Shown in pieces: positions 51,530-62,704 of a DNA stretch of 64,000 nt; the first letter of the stretch is position 1, and every line of letters begins with the position of its first letter. A model generated the notes under the pieces. It was not told where the DNA came from, did not search any database, and saw only the letters and a list, made by a program, of their open reading frames with translations. Source of the DNA: Haplodiscus bocki. Taxonomy: Eukaryota. A program made the position numbers and the translations under genes. Where the stretch lies: assembly GCA_965655095.1 (NCBI GenBank), contig OZ296648.1:104904001-104968000 (forward strand). Reading direction: 5' to 3'.

Positions 51530-52816
51530 CAAAAACGATGTTTTTGCTCACTTTGCTTTCGAAGTCTACAAAATTTTGAAGTTTTTTCACCCAACAGAAA
51601 CACTTCAGTTTGTGCTGGTAGTGCTGCCAAAAACCTTTTCAAGGACACAACTGCATTGATCAGCTCAGGATAAAGAACTTCATGAGATGCTTAATATGTA
51701 CTTGTAAGGTCAAAAACAAGCACAAAATGATTTGTGTAGTTTCTGAAAGCTGTACCTTGACCGTGATAACCAAAAGCAGGAGCATCTTTAGTGGTCATAG
51801 ACAACCGCTTATCATTGTCTGTTGAAACAGGAGTTCCTGCAATGGGGTACTCATTGCACTAGAGTGTAACCTCGTTCAAGCCTTAATTTCGATAAGTGGT
51901 TGAATTTGTTAATTTGGGGCCAAAGAAGGCCCGATTGGAAATCAGAGCCATAGCAAAACGTCTGGTTGGCTCCTCGCTGAACACATCCTCTTCGCTCCAA
52001 CATCGACTTTCTTGAGGAGTTAGATAAGTTTTTGGTGAAACTTCAGGGTAGCGATAACGGGCAGGTATTTTGCTAGTATCTTTTCAATTGCAGCAAGATC
52101 TTGATCAGACACGGTACTTCTACAACCGGAGACGTTAACTTGGGATAGATTGGATTTGTAGTTCCTGGTATTGCTGTCATCAATCAAAGCAAACTCAAGC
52201 TTCGGTCTAAGAAACGAAGTACGCTGTGTTACACCACTGAGAAGGTGTTTATCGCAAGAGAAGATGTCTGATGCAACTTTACAGAAATTGTTAACTCTCG
52301 GCATTCTCTAGCCTCCGCTCTTCCGCTAGTAAAAACGACATTGGCATGGTCTCCAAGGTCCGCTTCGTAAGTAAATCTTTGACAACTAAGCCAGGTAACT
52401 ATGGCCTCTTCTCCATTGGAATCTTCCGTTTGAAATATACTTTTGTTAGAGTAAACACCGTTTGAGTTTGAAGCTTTCATTCTTTTGGCGGCAACCGTAC
52501 ATTGGGATTAAGAGGAATGAAGAGTGTTGATAACAAAGACAAGAGTATCAGGTTGCAAAGCATTAGTTGCTTCATATCGTAAATCTGAGCCATCGTTTTG
52601 TGATATTTCGACTTCTATCATCATCGAAAACTTTTTTTGCAAGTCCAAAAAGTTGTTTTGATCGCATACAGCTTCGAATACAGAAGTTGGTTCATTGAGG
52701 GAATATAACGAAACACCGTTTTGTTCAGAAAAAGAATCAGAAGTAATGAAAAGTGGCGATTGTTCAGAACCATCCAATGAGCTGTGTGATTCCTCCTGAA
52801 GTAAAACGTTAAGCAA
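51530..52816 (-). pseudogene. Polinton major capsid protein (double jelly-roll, PY/hexon-like)
   Basis: HSSLD, NFLDLQK, FVINTLHSS*SQCTV, SNSNGVYSNKSIFQTE, SDIFSCDKHLLSGV..R.SF.R, EDVFSEEPTRRFAMAL, GYPIAGTP, NHFVLVFDLTS, YPEL...VFLLGEK (ORFs 52508-52816, 52229-52480, 52020-52304 and downstream fragments). Confidence 0.88.
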
Positions 52817-53183
52817 AATTTTTGACTTTGGAAAAAAATTCGACCGACTATTTTGCTTGCCTTTTGATTTACTTGTGATTTTTGGTTATTTTGGACCATC
52901 GAAGCTGTTTACTTCTTCCACCACTCAGTTTTGTTTGATTCTCATATCGGTTTTTTGGCTGCCTTCCGGGGTCATTTTTTGTGATAATGTCCTGACCTTC
53001 AAGTGCTATTTGTCTGAGCAAATCCTTCCTAAAGCTTTATTCGGCGGGTAAAAGTGACTTTCTGGCAAAACATACAGTGAGTTGACCAATTTTTGCTGCC
53101 GACGCACGAATTCTACTGGCTGGTACTCTGTTGTACCTGAACAGATGAAGTAGATACACCTGTTTGGCGTAATAATTATCCAT
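52800..53183 (-). pseudogene. Small basic Polinton protein between minor and major capsid (putative virion core/membrane-active protein)
   Basis: Starts MDNYYAKQ at 53183, has an amphipathic middle (FARKSLLPA..FRKDLLRQ) and a K/R-rich tail. Position and N-terminus match my recollection of Polinton genes preceding the capsid. Confidence 0.55.
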
Positions 53184-53189
53184 TATGTA

Positions 53190-54090
53190 ATTTTTTTTGA
53201 ATTTCATCGACATAATAACCTATCCTTTACCAAAGAATGCAACCAGATTACCAGTCTCACATCTATGTTGGAAGCTGTTTGTTTTTTTTAATAATTTGAA
53301 CCATCAGTGTTTTCTTTATTGTAGTTCCAATAACGATCTCTCCTCCAAACTTTTTGTTGTGACGATTATACCTTTTTCAATTCATTTACCAACATCAATC
53401 ATACGTAGTTTAGATTCGCTTAAATCACCAATGTTTTGTTATTCAATCATTTCAGTGTATGTAAGAAAGGGAAATACCCGAAATAGGAATAATCGGAAAA
53501 TCCCATGAGGCTCTCCTAATTTCTCCGAAAAATTCAGTTTCAGTTTAGATGCCAAAAAATCTCTCTTCCTCGAAAACTAAAAAATGTGAGGATACTTCTC
53601 TTCAAAAAAGTAAAAACAGCGTTTGCATTGAATTCAAGTTGGACTCTACCATCCTCAGTGATTCAAGATGCTCCATCTCGTAACATAATCCATGAAAGTT
53701 TTCAATACAGTGCGAAGCGTACGTTACTCATTTTTCTCCAGTATTCAGCTTTTCGTTTTTTTTTGATGAAATATTAAAACCTGTTTAGTCTCTTTTTTTT
53801 CAACAGTACTGTCATCCACTTCTTGCTTCTTTGCAACACTGCTTTTAACCACGTCCTCTTCCTCAAAGTTTTGTTCGTCATCATCGTCGTTCTCCTATAT
53901 TTTCTTTTGCTTTGAAAATTGTAAACATGACAGAAAAGTCCGTGTAAATTTTGTTTATTTACGATAGAAAAAAGTTTTAAGGGATGTAACGCGTTATTCA
54001 CTTTCTAAAGATATACTTAGAGGAAACTCATTCCTGAACAAAATTATTCAATGATGCTGTGGACAACAAGTGCACTTCAAACTCGTCCAT
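53190..54090 (-). pseudogene. Polinton minor capsid protein (penton-like)
   Basis: N-terminus MDEFEVHLLSTAS...FRNEFP.SISLESE*RV (from L.S.AS...F.N.L....L.G.W.V). C-terminus YTEMIE*QNIGD...KLRMID...LELQ*RK...ETGNLVAFFGKG*VIMSMKFKK. Confidence 0.78.
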
Positions 54091-54094
54091 GGTT

Positions 54095-54890
54095 TTCAAC
54101 CGAGATAAAAAATTGTTGATAAAAAATACCAAGAAGTTTTTTTCTCTTGGAATCCCTAAAAGTGTATGTTGAACGATTCAGAGTGGTAATTTTCTCACTT
54201 TCGAAGATTTTTTCAGTTAGGTTTTTGGAACAACCTTTTTTAAAATAATATCACTTTCCATATCCCTTTAAAGTCTCCCGGTTTGAATTTTTGGCTTCAG
54301 TAGGTGTCTACTGGGTTAATTAGAGACCAGTGAAACCAAATGAGGTTCATTTTTTGGTAGTAAGTTTTTCTGGAGCCAAACTAGTCTCTCAATTGTCCTG
54401 TGAATTAATAATGTCTACAAAGTCATGAAGATGATAGGTATAGTGATAGGACCATTTCTTTTCCAAAGAATTATATATTTTGTTTTTCAGTGATCGATTA
54501 TTCCGCTCGTCAAAATCAGACTTTTTTTCGCTGTGTGCTTTGTAAAGTTCGACACTTTCGGAGTCGCAAAAAATGTTTAACCTCTCTTTCAAACTCTGCT
54601 CCTTTGTCTTTAAATAAAACATCTAACGCAGCTAAAAACAATTTTACACCATTATTGTTTTTCGCAATTTGTTCCATGTAAGTAACCTCGATTGACAAGA
54701 TTCCGTTTATCCAGTAGTCTTGAATTTTCAGTAGAGGAACTTTTTCTCGGAGTGCGGTACTTTCAGTGAGCGTCCGTTGCAGCCAAAAACTCTATTTTGT
54801 TTTTTGAGAGTTTACTTTATTTTGTCAAGTTTTGAATACTTCCATAAAAACCGGCACTTTGTGTATACAGTTTTTCCAATAGTGTTTGGA
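54095..54890 (-). pseudogene. Polinton retroviral-like (rve) integrase, internally deleted
   Basis: LEKLYTQSAGFYGSIQNL; INGILSIEVTYMEQIAKNNNGVKLFLAALDV; DKGAEF; SEKKSDFDERNNRSLKNKIY; DFVDIINS...LAP; FKKG...TEKIF; GIFY. Confidence 0.88.
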
Positions 54891-55559
54891 CCTTTCCAGA
54901 GAGTTCTCCCCTTTTTTTGATCGAGACGGTTTGTCTTTAATGGTTTCTTCTGATTTTTTGTTGCTGGCATCCGAAAGTTTCGGAGAGTGGTCTTTTTTGT
55001 AGTTGTTTTGAGCGTATGATTCAGAATTTTTTTAGCGTTTTCTGGGGATCAACTTGCGGTTTGTTTGCTTTTTTTCAGAACAAGGGAAAACGCGGCACCT
55101 TTCAAAAAATTTTTTTCCTGCACTAGATTGTACAAAAATGTTCAGATTGAATTTTTTGTTGAATTTTTGTTCACAATTCTTTCACCAAATTCATTATAAT
55201 CAATATTGCCGGAAGCTTCATTTCTTATCAGAACTACTCTAATATTTAGTTTCTCGGCCTCTGTCAGCATGTCTAGAGATTTGGGAAAAATTTCGCTTGT
55301 ACTTTGTTCCTTTTTGACTACTGGTGGAACTCCAGTGATTGTTTAACTTCGTTAGAATAAAGTCAAAATTTCTGATTTTGCTCACTTTCAGCGTCCTTCA
55401 AAACTTGTGATGTTGAATAGTTTTGTTGTGCGTAAAAATTTTCTATAGAAGAAAACTTCCTGGGTACTCACAACAAAAACCCAATTATCAAATAATTTTC
55501 AGAATAACATCTTGCATATTCAATGCATAAGTCAACCAACCAGATTTCAAGGACCAGGA

Positions 55560-55833
55560 TGATTTATTCATTCAATAACTTCAGACCATTTGGTGAGGTT
55601 AAAAAGTTTCCGCGTTACTTTATTGACGTTGATTTTCTTTAGAACAGTTTCAGTTGATTTTCATAGGGATGTAGTTCTTTCAAAATGATTCATCCAGTAC
55701 CGTTTATTACCTTGAGAGCACACTCACAGCAAAACTTCAGAAAATCTGGGTCATAATTTTTCAATAGTTTTTGTTGCTGAACTGAAGTGAGTTTAATAAA
55801 AAAAATGACTGTATGCAGTTTTTTCTCGCTCAT
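55560..55833 (-). pseudogene. Small conserved Polinton protein downstream of the ATPase
   Basis: QKLLKNYDPDFLKFCCECALKVING..ELHPYENQLK resembles the 'ECA.N.L.G' small-protein family I associate with Polinton ATPase neighbourhoods. Confidence 0.55.
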
Positions 55834-56476
55834 TGTTGATTTCTGTATTTCTTGTCTGTGAAGATGGTAAATAAAATGTGGCTTGTCCACGACATACAAT
55901 GTTTGAAAAAAATATCAAATGTTCTATTGTCCTGGTGTCTAAATCATTGAGGAACTGACCATGTGTCTCTGCTACTGCATTTGTGTAACACTCTCTTCTA
56001 AAGTTGACATTGTTTGATTGTCTACCGAGTAAATCAATCTGTTGTCTGTGGCGTGGTGAACTGAAGAGGATATTATGTGTAGTTTTGAGGTCAATAGCAC
56101 GCGACCATAGACTTTGGTGGAACAGGTTGTGTTCGACAAAAGCACAGTGAATCTTTTTGTGTCGACCAGAAACTGCAAGTTTCACAAATTCTTTCAATTG
56201 ATCATTTTGTTCGCAGGAATCATCAGAAATGAGCAAACAATCCTGAAGCGTCTGTGTCATTTCAAAATTGAGATAATTGATAAATTCAAAATTCATCTTC
56301 CTCGTAACTTTTTTAGTCAGAAGTTGAAAATTGCCATAGAAATGCTGAAATTGTTCAAGCCGGGGTTAAAACAGGTTTGGTATTGACCTCAAAGAAATTA
56401 GTCTCGTTTTTCTCCATGCAGAAGGTCCAACTACGGACTTAAAAACTCTGTCTGTTGTAGAAAACATGTTTTTCAT
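55793..56476 (-). pseudogene. A32/FtsK-HerA-like DNA packaging ATPase
   Basis: ATG 56476. Decayed Walker A VVGPSAWRKT (from GPSGSGKT), Walker B LLISDD, LAVSGRH arginine motif, HNLFHQS...IDLKTTHNILFSSPR...LGRQ. Confidence 0.92.
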
Positions 56477-57679
56477 TGTTTTGGTTTATGCATATTATAT
56501 CCAAATGCTCCTCATAAACGTTGTATCGAAAATGGTTTGTCTTGATAAACAATGTCGGAGAAAGATATTTTTCTCAAACAAAATGTTTTCACAAGTAAAA
56601 ATGTGAACGTCCAATCAAAATTATAACTACGGGTTTTGGTAATTTTCTAGCATTGCAAGACTTCCAAGCAGACCTCTTTTCCTTGCTCTCATCACAAACG
56701 AGTTCATAAAATAGTATTACATCTGGTACGTCCACTGGCTGCGAACACATTTTTCAAAACAATAACCAGGAGGCATTTTCAATGAGAAAAGACAACCAGT
56801 GTAAAAGCACTCAGATTTCGTTTTGAAAACTGTACTGCAGAGATGCATGCATTGGTGCTGAGCAGAGAAGTAGATGTTCTTCATTGTTTGTCTTTTTACA
56901 CATGCTTTCTAGTTTGGTAAATGAGGCGAATAGACGTAAGCTTGACCAAGAAATTTTTTGTCTGTGACTGTCGAAAGGAAGAAACGGACAGTAAAATTGT
57001 ATAAAAATTGGTCACTCTACAAATCATACACATGTCAGTTAACTCTACAAACCTCCGCTACTAGGTAAAAGAACTCCTTCGAAGGCATGCAAATCAACAA
57101 AAAATTTCCATTTTGTGTCTTCAGTTCTCAAATCATGTTTCAAAATTGACGTTTTCTGGCCTAACTTAGGAAAAACGAAATCTTGTCCAAATTCTGTGTC
57201 TTCACAATCTGCTTCATTTCTGTGGTTGAATTAGAAAGACCCGTATGAGTTTCAATCGGACTTGGGGGATCCTTGTTGAGAAAGTCGACAAGTGGTATGT
57301 TCTTTCTCATAACGGGAAACTTATCGAACAGGTCTCGGATTCTGATGACATATTTTATCCAAAAATCATGCAACAACACCAAACGCAGATTTCAGGCAGC
57401 ACTGCTGTGAAAGGAACACCTGGATCAAACATCTCATGACTCTGTGAGAAATACTTCCAACAAACTCGTCCTCGGTGAAAAAAAACTAAATGCCTGTTGA
57501 TTGCTGCTGCTAACATGCAAAGGATCAAATGGGAGTTAGCTTTAAACACATGTGAATGGTCTCTGTCTGTATTCTCATGTTTGGTTTTTTCTGGACACTC
57601 TTAAAGTGACGCCAACTTTCGTTTGGTTAATGCCAAATATCCCGTTAGCTTTCCAGGGTTCAATTCTGTTTTGATTGGA

Positions 57680-58065
57680 AAACGGTCTCACTGAATCTTT
57701 GTGTAGTACTTCATTGGTGGACAATCATGTTAGTCCAAGTCTTGAACGTTTTCTGGATAATTGGAAAAGAAATTCACTTCATTTTGTCCTTTAACAAAAA
57801 CTGCTGATTTGGGAAAACGAATTCGATCACCACTAAAAATTCCTTCGTTAAATCTCTAATGGTAAAAACCACTAATCCAGTCAAAACCATGAATTCTTTT
57901 TGTAAACCACTTCAGGGAGCGTCGTTGTGTTATTCAACAGTCAAGCAGTCCTTCTGGTGTTGGAGCAGCAGTGTATCTTTAGAAAATTCCTATAAACAGT
58001 CAACTCTTTCAATAAGACTGTTTTAAGGGAAATCTTCCAAATCAATAACAAAACTTTGGTTTTCG
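57680..58065 (-). pseudogene. Polinton accessory gene remnant with a DxE motif (putative DEDD/DnaQ-like fold)
   Basis: FVIDLEDF...LLKELTV...KWFTKRIHGFDWISG...AVFVKG...NVQDLD*HDCP, read across frameshifts. Confidence 0.5.
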
Positions 58066-59125
58066 TTCAACTTTCCAAGTCCACAAACCAGTGTGCTTAG
58101 GCTGATAATTTCAATCTGAAAGAACTCCATTGAGGCCTAACTGAAGCTGACTAGAATCATTCAAACTTGTTTCTTGTGTCTAAACGGTCTTTGTCAGAGA
58201 AATTTGCAAGCAAAATCTGAACACCAGAAACGAGCACAAGTAGTCTGTTACATTTACTATGCTCGTGAAACAATCCACATTCGATGTCTGTTTGCTCTTT
58301 TGAGCTTTGGAGTTGCTCCAGTGTTGCATTCAGAGTAGTAGTTTTAGGGTAAGTCAAAGAAAACTTCGAAAGATATTTTCTGCAGAAATCAAATCGGAAC
58401 CCAGGATTTTGTTAAACAGTATATAATCTTCACTCGAAACTTTTCCTTGATTTTTTCGCGGATTCCGTACTTGATAGTTGCATAGTTCCAGTCAAATGAA
58501 AACTTAGGTGGTTGTCCAGAGGAAGACTTTGCCTCTTTCAGTGTGGGGGTTCCACTGCTGCCTAAAGATTTTGATCGTCAGCTTAACAACATTGATGAAG
58601 GTATCAGTTTTTTCGGTGAGATCATTTGTAGAGAGTGGAATTAGAAGTGCTACCGGGACACTGCGCTGGGGAATATATCTCTTGACCTTCGCCGGCTCAG
58701 GGAGGCTGCTTTGTACCTTTGCTTGCTGTATGTACACTTTTAAACGGGAAACGGCTACTTATATCAAGCCGCCAGTCGCATCGAAATGTAACCACACATG
58801 CAAAATGCCATTTGTCGGTCATGAAAGAGGGAGGGAGAGAGAGAATGAACTCTTTTTTGTCGAGGTTGCACAAGTTTATATTTCATCCTATTACAAAGTA
58901 ATGATATCTAATAGACTATATCAACGCTTCAGAAGAGTCAAGAAAAGCTGAGTTTTGTTTCGAGAAGAAAACTAGTGCCATTATGGCTCTATCGTTGCAT
59001 TTTAGCAACGCTATCAATGATCTATCGTTATTTTCCTGATTCAATATGTCAATAAAACCTTTTCTTTTTATCTTTTCAATGCAGAAAATGAAGTGCGATA
59101 GAGTTTCGTGTTTACCACACCTGCA

Positions 59126-59160
<35 letters not shown>
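59126..59160 (+). repeat. (TAG)n microsatellite, about 11.7 units
   Basis: Direct observation. Confidence 0.95.
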
Positions 59161-59170
59161 TAAAACGTCC

Positions 59171-59434
59171 GGCCATGTTGCAGTCCGGAGCAAAAAAAAA
59201 TTCATCCATGTTGTCAAAACTAGGACTGCAACATGGACAGCAACTTGGACCTGCCAAAAAAAATTTTCCTGGGCCGTATTTTGTTGAAAAAATACGTGCG
59301 ACCCGTAAAACAACCAATATAGATGCTATTAGCATTACTGGAGGTATCATCACCACTTCCGGAAAAAAGTTTTGTGGACATTAATAAAAGTCCATGTTGC
59401 ACCGATTCCAAAAATATTACATCCATGTTGCACC
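59171..59434. repeat. Cluster of CCATGTTGC-type motifs in both orientations, including a 16-bp inverted repeat
   Basis: GGCCATGTTGCAGTCC (59171-59186) pairs with GGACTGCAACATGGAC (59223-59238), 15/16 complementary. Further copies at ~59205, 59240, 59390 and 59422. Confidence 0.75.
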
Positions 59435-62319
59435 TGGGCAAAGCAGCACCCCAGACTATTTGGACTGTATATTTTTACATACAGTAGCAGTTGTCGGACA
59501 TGTGATTAGGTGTAAAATCCATTACACCATTTCTTCAGTGATGTCCTTATAATGTATTTTTAAAGAGGCTCTCAGTTCGGGGATCACAGAGTGTCGCCCA
59601 TAACAAGACCCACGTCGAGAACGTGGCCTCTGCGGGGTCTCATAAACCTTGGGGTTCTCAATATAAATGCATGGGATATTACACATGCGAAATAGAAGCT
59701 GCACAACACATCCGGACCAGATAACTACATGCTCAAAATTCACTATTTTCAAATGCTACATACAGGATTGAAAGAAAAAATTACAGATTTCCATACTTTT
59801 GAGCATTTGTGGAACAAGTCATTAACAGTTTTTAGATACAAGACCAGCAATCAATCACCCGTTTGTTCAAAATAGTCACTTGACACGGTAATAGCACCAC
59901 ACATCGAAAGAACAAGTACTTCCGAAACTGTCCCCTAATTATTTATAGATTTCAAAATCCTGCTATCCAACAGGGGACCCCAACTGGAATTCAATTTCAG
60001 TGTGTCCATAGTAATTGAAGTCTTGCAAAAAAAATCAGAAGCAACATGAGAAAATCCAGAAATGATTTTCCAATTTAACAAATAAAAATAAAAATCTAAT
60101 CATTGTACACGTGGCTGGACAGTTCACCCAATAATTTAATCGAGGACACATTTAATTCAAACATCAATGTGAGACGATTAGTAATGAAATCTTAGCGGCA
60201 AAGAACTAATTATAATTATTATAATTCATACAATCCCAAAATGCCCAAAGCGGCAGAATGAAAAGTCATCATGACATATATACAACTCATAGCCCTTCTT
60301 AGTAGAAGGATTATTGAGAAAGTAGTTGTTATTACAAGTCTGTCTCAAAATACTCATAGGGGAACTCTTCATGCGAATAGTGTTGGCATTTTGAAGAAAA
60401 CTGTTAGCGAAAGAGAAGTTTGATCTTTATTCCCGTTTGATTTCGGCATTGTAAAAGTTGCCACAATTGAAATTTGTTCATTTTTTAAAGGGTTATATGT
60501 CATAACACCCAATAAAACAATACCCAATGTCATAATACACAATGTGACATAATATACAATGCCACAATCCCTAATGCTATGATACACAAGTATAATTGCG
60601 CGTTAATTAGTAATTAAGTAATTATCAGTGTCTTAGTATTTTCTCACCAAACTTGATTTAATTAGCTATGAATGATACCAATAAATGAAACATAAGCATG
60701 TTCTTGAAAAATGCTGGCTTTTCCGATCAAACATAGGTATATTCACAATTTCATTAATCACAATCACAGCTGAACCAGAATAAGAGGAAGGCTAAGACTA
60801 TGAAACTGATTTACTGATGGCTGGTTCGTATTCATTAAAATTTAATTTTTACAAATTATTAGTTAGTACAGTTAACTCAACTGAAATGGTAAAGGAGAAG
60901 GAGAATGGTAGCTCCACTATTTACTGAATCATAAGCAACCATCATTGTAAACAAGCCAAGAAATTAGTAGAACAGCACTTAATTTTCATTAAACCATTTA
61001 TTACATAATCCATCTACCCTTGCATCGTTTTCGCTGGTGAGAATAACATGATAGCACATGTACATAAACAAAAGATAACCTATGTGATCATTTTCATTTC
61101 TTCAATCAAAATCGAGCCTTTGCCAAGTAAAATGTAATATCACTTAATTCGTAAAAAGTGAACCAAGCACGCTTCGCATCAAATACAGTGCAGTTATGAG
61201 ACATGAGCATTTATTATTTAACCGTATTAAATGCTAATGCTGGTTGATCATTTGCCAGAAAGCACAACCCCTTGATATCCAGGTGACCAGGAAAAACGTC
61301 TACAACGAGCGGGAATAAGATCTAAAGAATGGGGTCGAATCTGAGATACGAGAATAAGATCTACAAAAGAAAGCAGAATAGGGTCTAAACGGGAACATCT
61401 GAAAAAAGAAATAAGATATCATGACTACATAAGAAGTTCACATATAATCTTATAAGAAAGGGGAATAAGATCTGAAGCTTCAGATTTACTTAGATATTAA
61501 TCTGCCCTGGAGGCAGCAATTCGAACTTCAGTTGCAAAAACTTGCAACAAGAATAAGATCTACAAAATGATCACTAACTAAAATGTTTGGAGAAACAGAT
61601 AGCAAGAATGGTAGGCATGAAGCGCTAAGTATTTAGAGGTTGAAAAAAAGTCGGAAATTATCACACCGATTCGCGAAAAAAAGAATTCGGCTAGTTAAGC
61701 AAAAAATCCTGAGGCGTCGAAAATTCAAAGCATCGAAAACTTCTGAGCCTTGCAAAATTTGAAACTTTCCACGCTTTGAAAAACATCATGAGGACTAAGT
61801 GGATCCGATGGTAATCATTTTTCTGGGCTTGATTACCGGCCGTCTTGCTACTCCATGTAATAAAATTCTGTGCGCCGTTTTAGATAAGCTGCATATATTA
61901 CTACTTTCAACAAAAATGAACATCAGAAAAATATCGTCCAAGTTGCAGAAAGCTCACCAGCTGCATAAACTATTTTTAATTAAAACAATTCAATGTAAAA
62001 TAATAATGAACTACTATAGCATTTATAAGTCCTCAGAATTTAAGACAATTCACCTGAGAAAACTGTCTGACCAACTCAATGCATTTTCCAATATCCAAAA
62101 AAACGGGAATAGTATCTTATTACGGGTCATCAGGGGCCAAATAAAACCAAATGCTAATGGTGATTTTAAAAAAGGAAAATATTCACAAAAAAGGGGGAAT
62201 AAGATCTAAAATAGGGAGATCAAGATCTGAAAAAGGGCTGAATATAATCTAACAACGGGGGAATGAGATCTAAAAAAAGTGGGCACAAGATCTGAAAAAA
62301 GGTAACAAAATTGAAAGAA

Positions 62320-62704
62320 GGAATAAGATCTAAAAACAAAAGGGAATAAGATCTAAAAACAAAAGGGAATAAGATCTAAAAACAAAAGGCAATAAGATCT
62401 TAAAACAAAAGGGAATAAGATCTAAAAACAAAAGGGAATAAGATCTAAAAACAAAAGGGAATAAGATCTAAAAACAAAAGGGAATAAGATCTAAAAACAA
62501 AAGGGAATAAGATCTAAAAACAAAAGGCAATAAGATCTTAAAACAAAAGGGAATAAGATCTAAAAACAAAAGGGAATAAGATCTAAAAACAAAAGGGAAT
62601 AAGATCTAAAAACAAAAGGGAATAAGATCTAAAAACAAAACTGAATAAGATCTAAAAACAAAAGGGAATAAGATCTAAAAACAAAAGGGAATAAGATCTA
62701 AAAA
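62320..62704 (+). repeat. 23-bp minisatellite GGGAATAAGATCTAAAAACAAAA, 17 copies
   Basis: The AGATCT core recurs every 23 bp from 62326 to 62694, with no spacers. Confidence 0.97.

Larger units (their letters stand above)
44500..58100 (-). mobile_element. Polinton/Maverick (adintovirus-like) endogenous element, decayed, with core gene set still recognisable
   Basis: Co-oriented remnants of packaging ATPase, integrase, minor capsid, small basic protein, major capsid, cysteine protease and protein-primed PolB. Terminal inverted repeats were not found, so the ends are approximate. Confidence 0.92.

Noticed and set aside
43000-59160. Polinton terminal inverted repeats and target-site duplication
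   Set aside because: I found no reverse-complement match between 43.0-44.5 kb and 58.1-59.2 kb by eye, and the (AGT)n tract has the wrong orientation for a right end.
58916-59384. Poly-L/S/Y ORFs
   Set aside because: They are translations of the (TAG)n microsatellite with no domain evidence.
61799-62209. 136-aa + strand ORF as a gene
   Set aside because: It has a GTG start, low-complexity K/N/I composition from AT-rich DNA, and no motif.
62320-62704. CRISPR-like array
   Set aside because: The units abut with no unique spacers, there are no cas genes, and the context is eukaryotic. It is a minisatellite.
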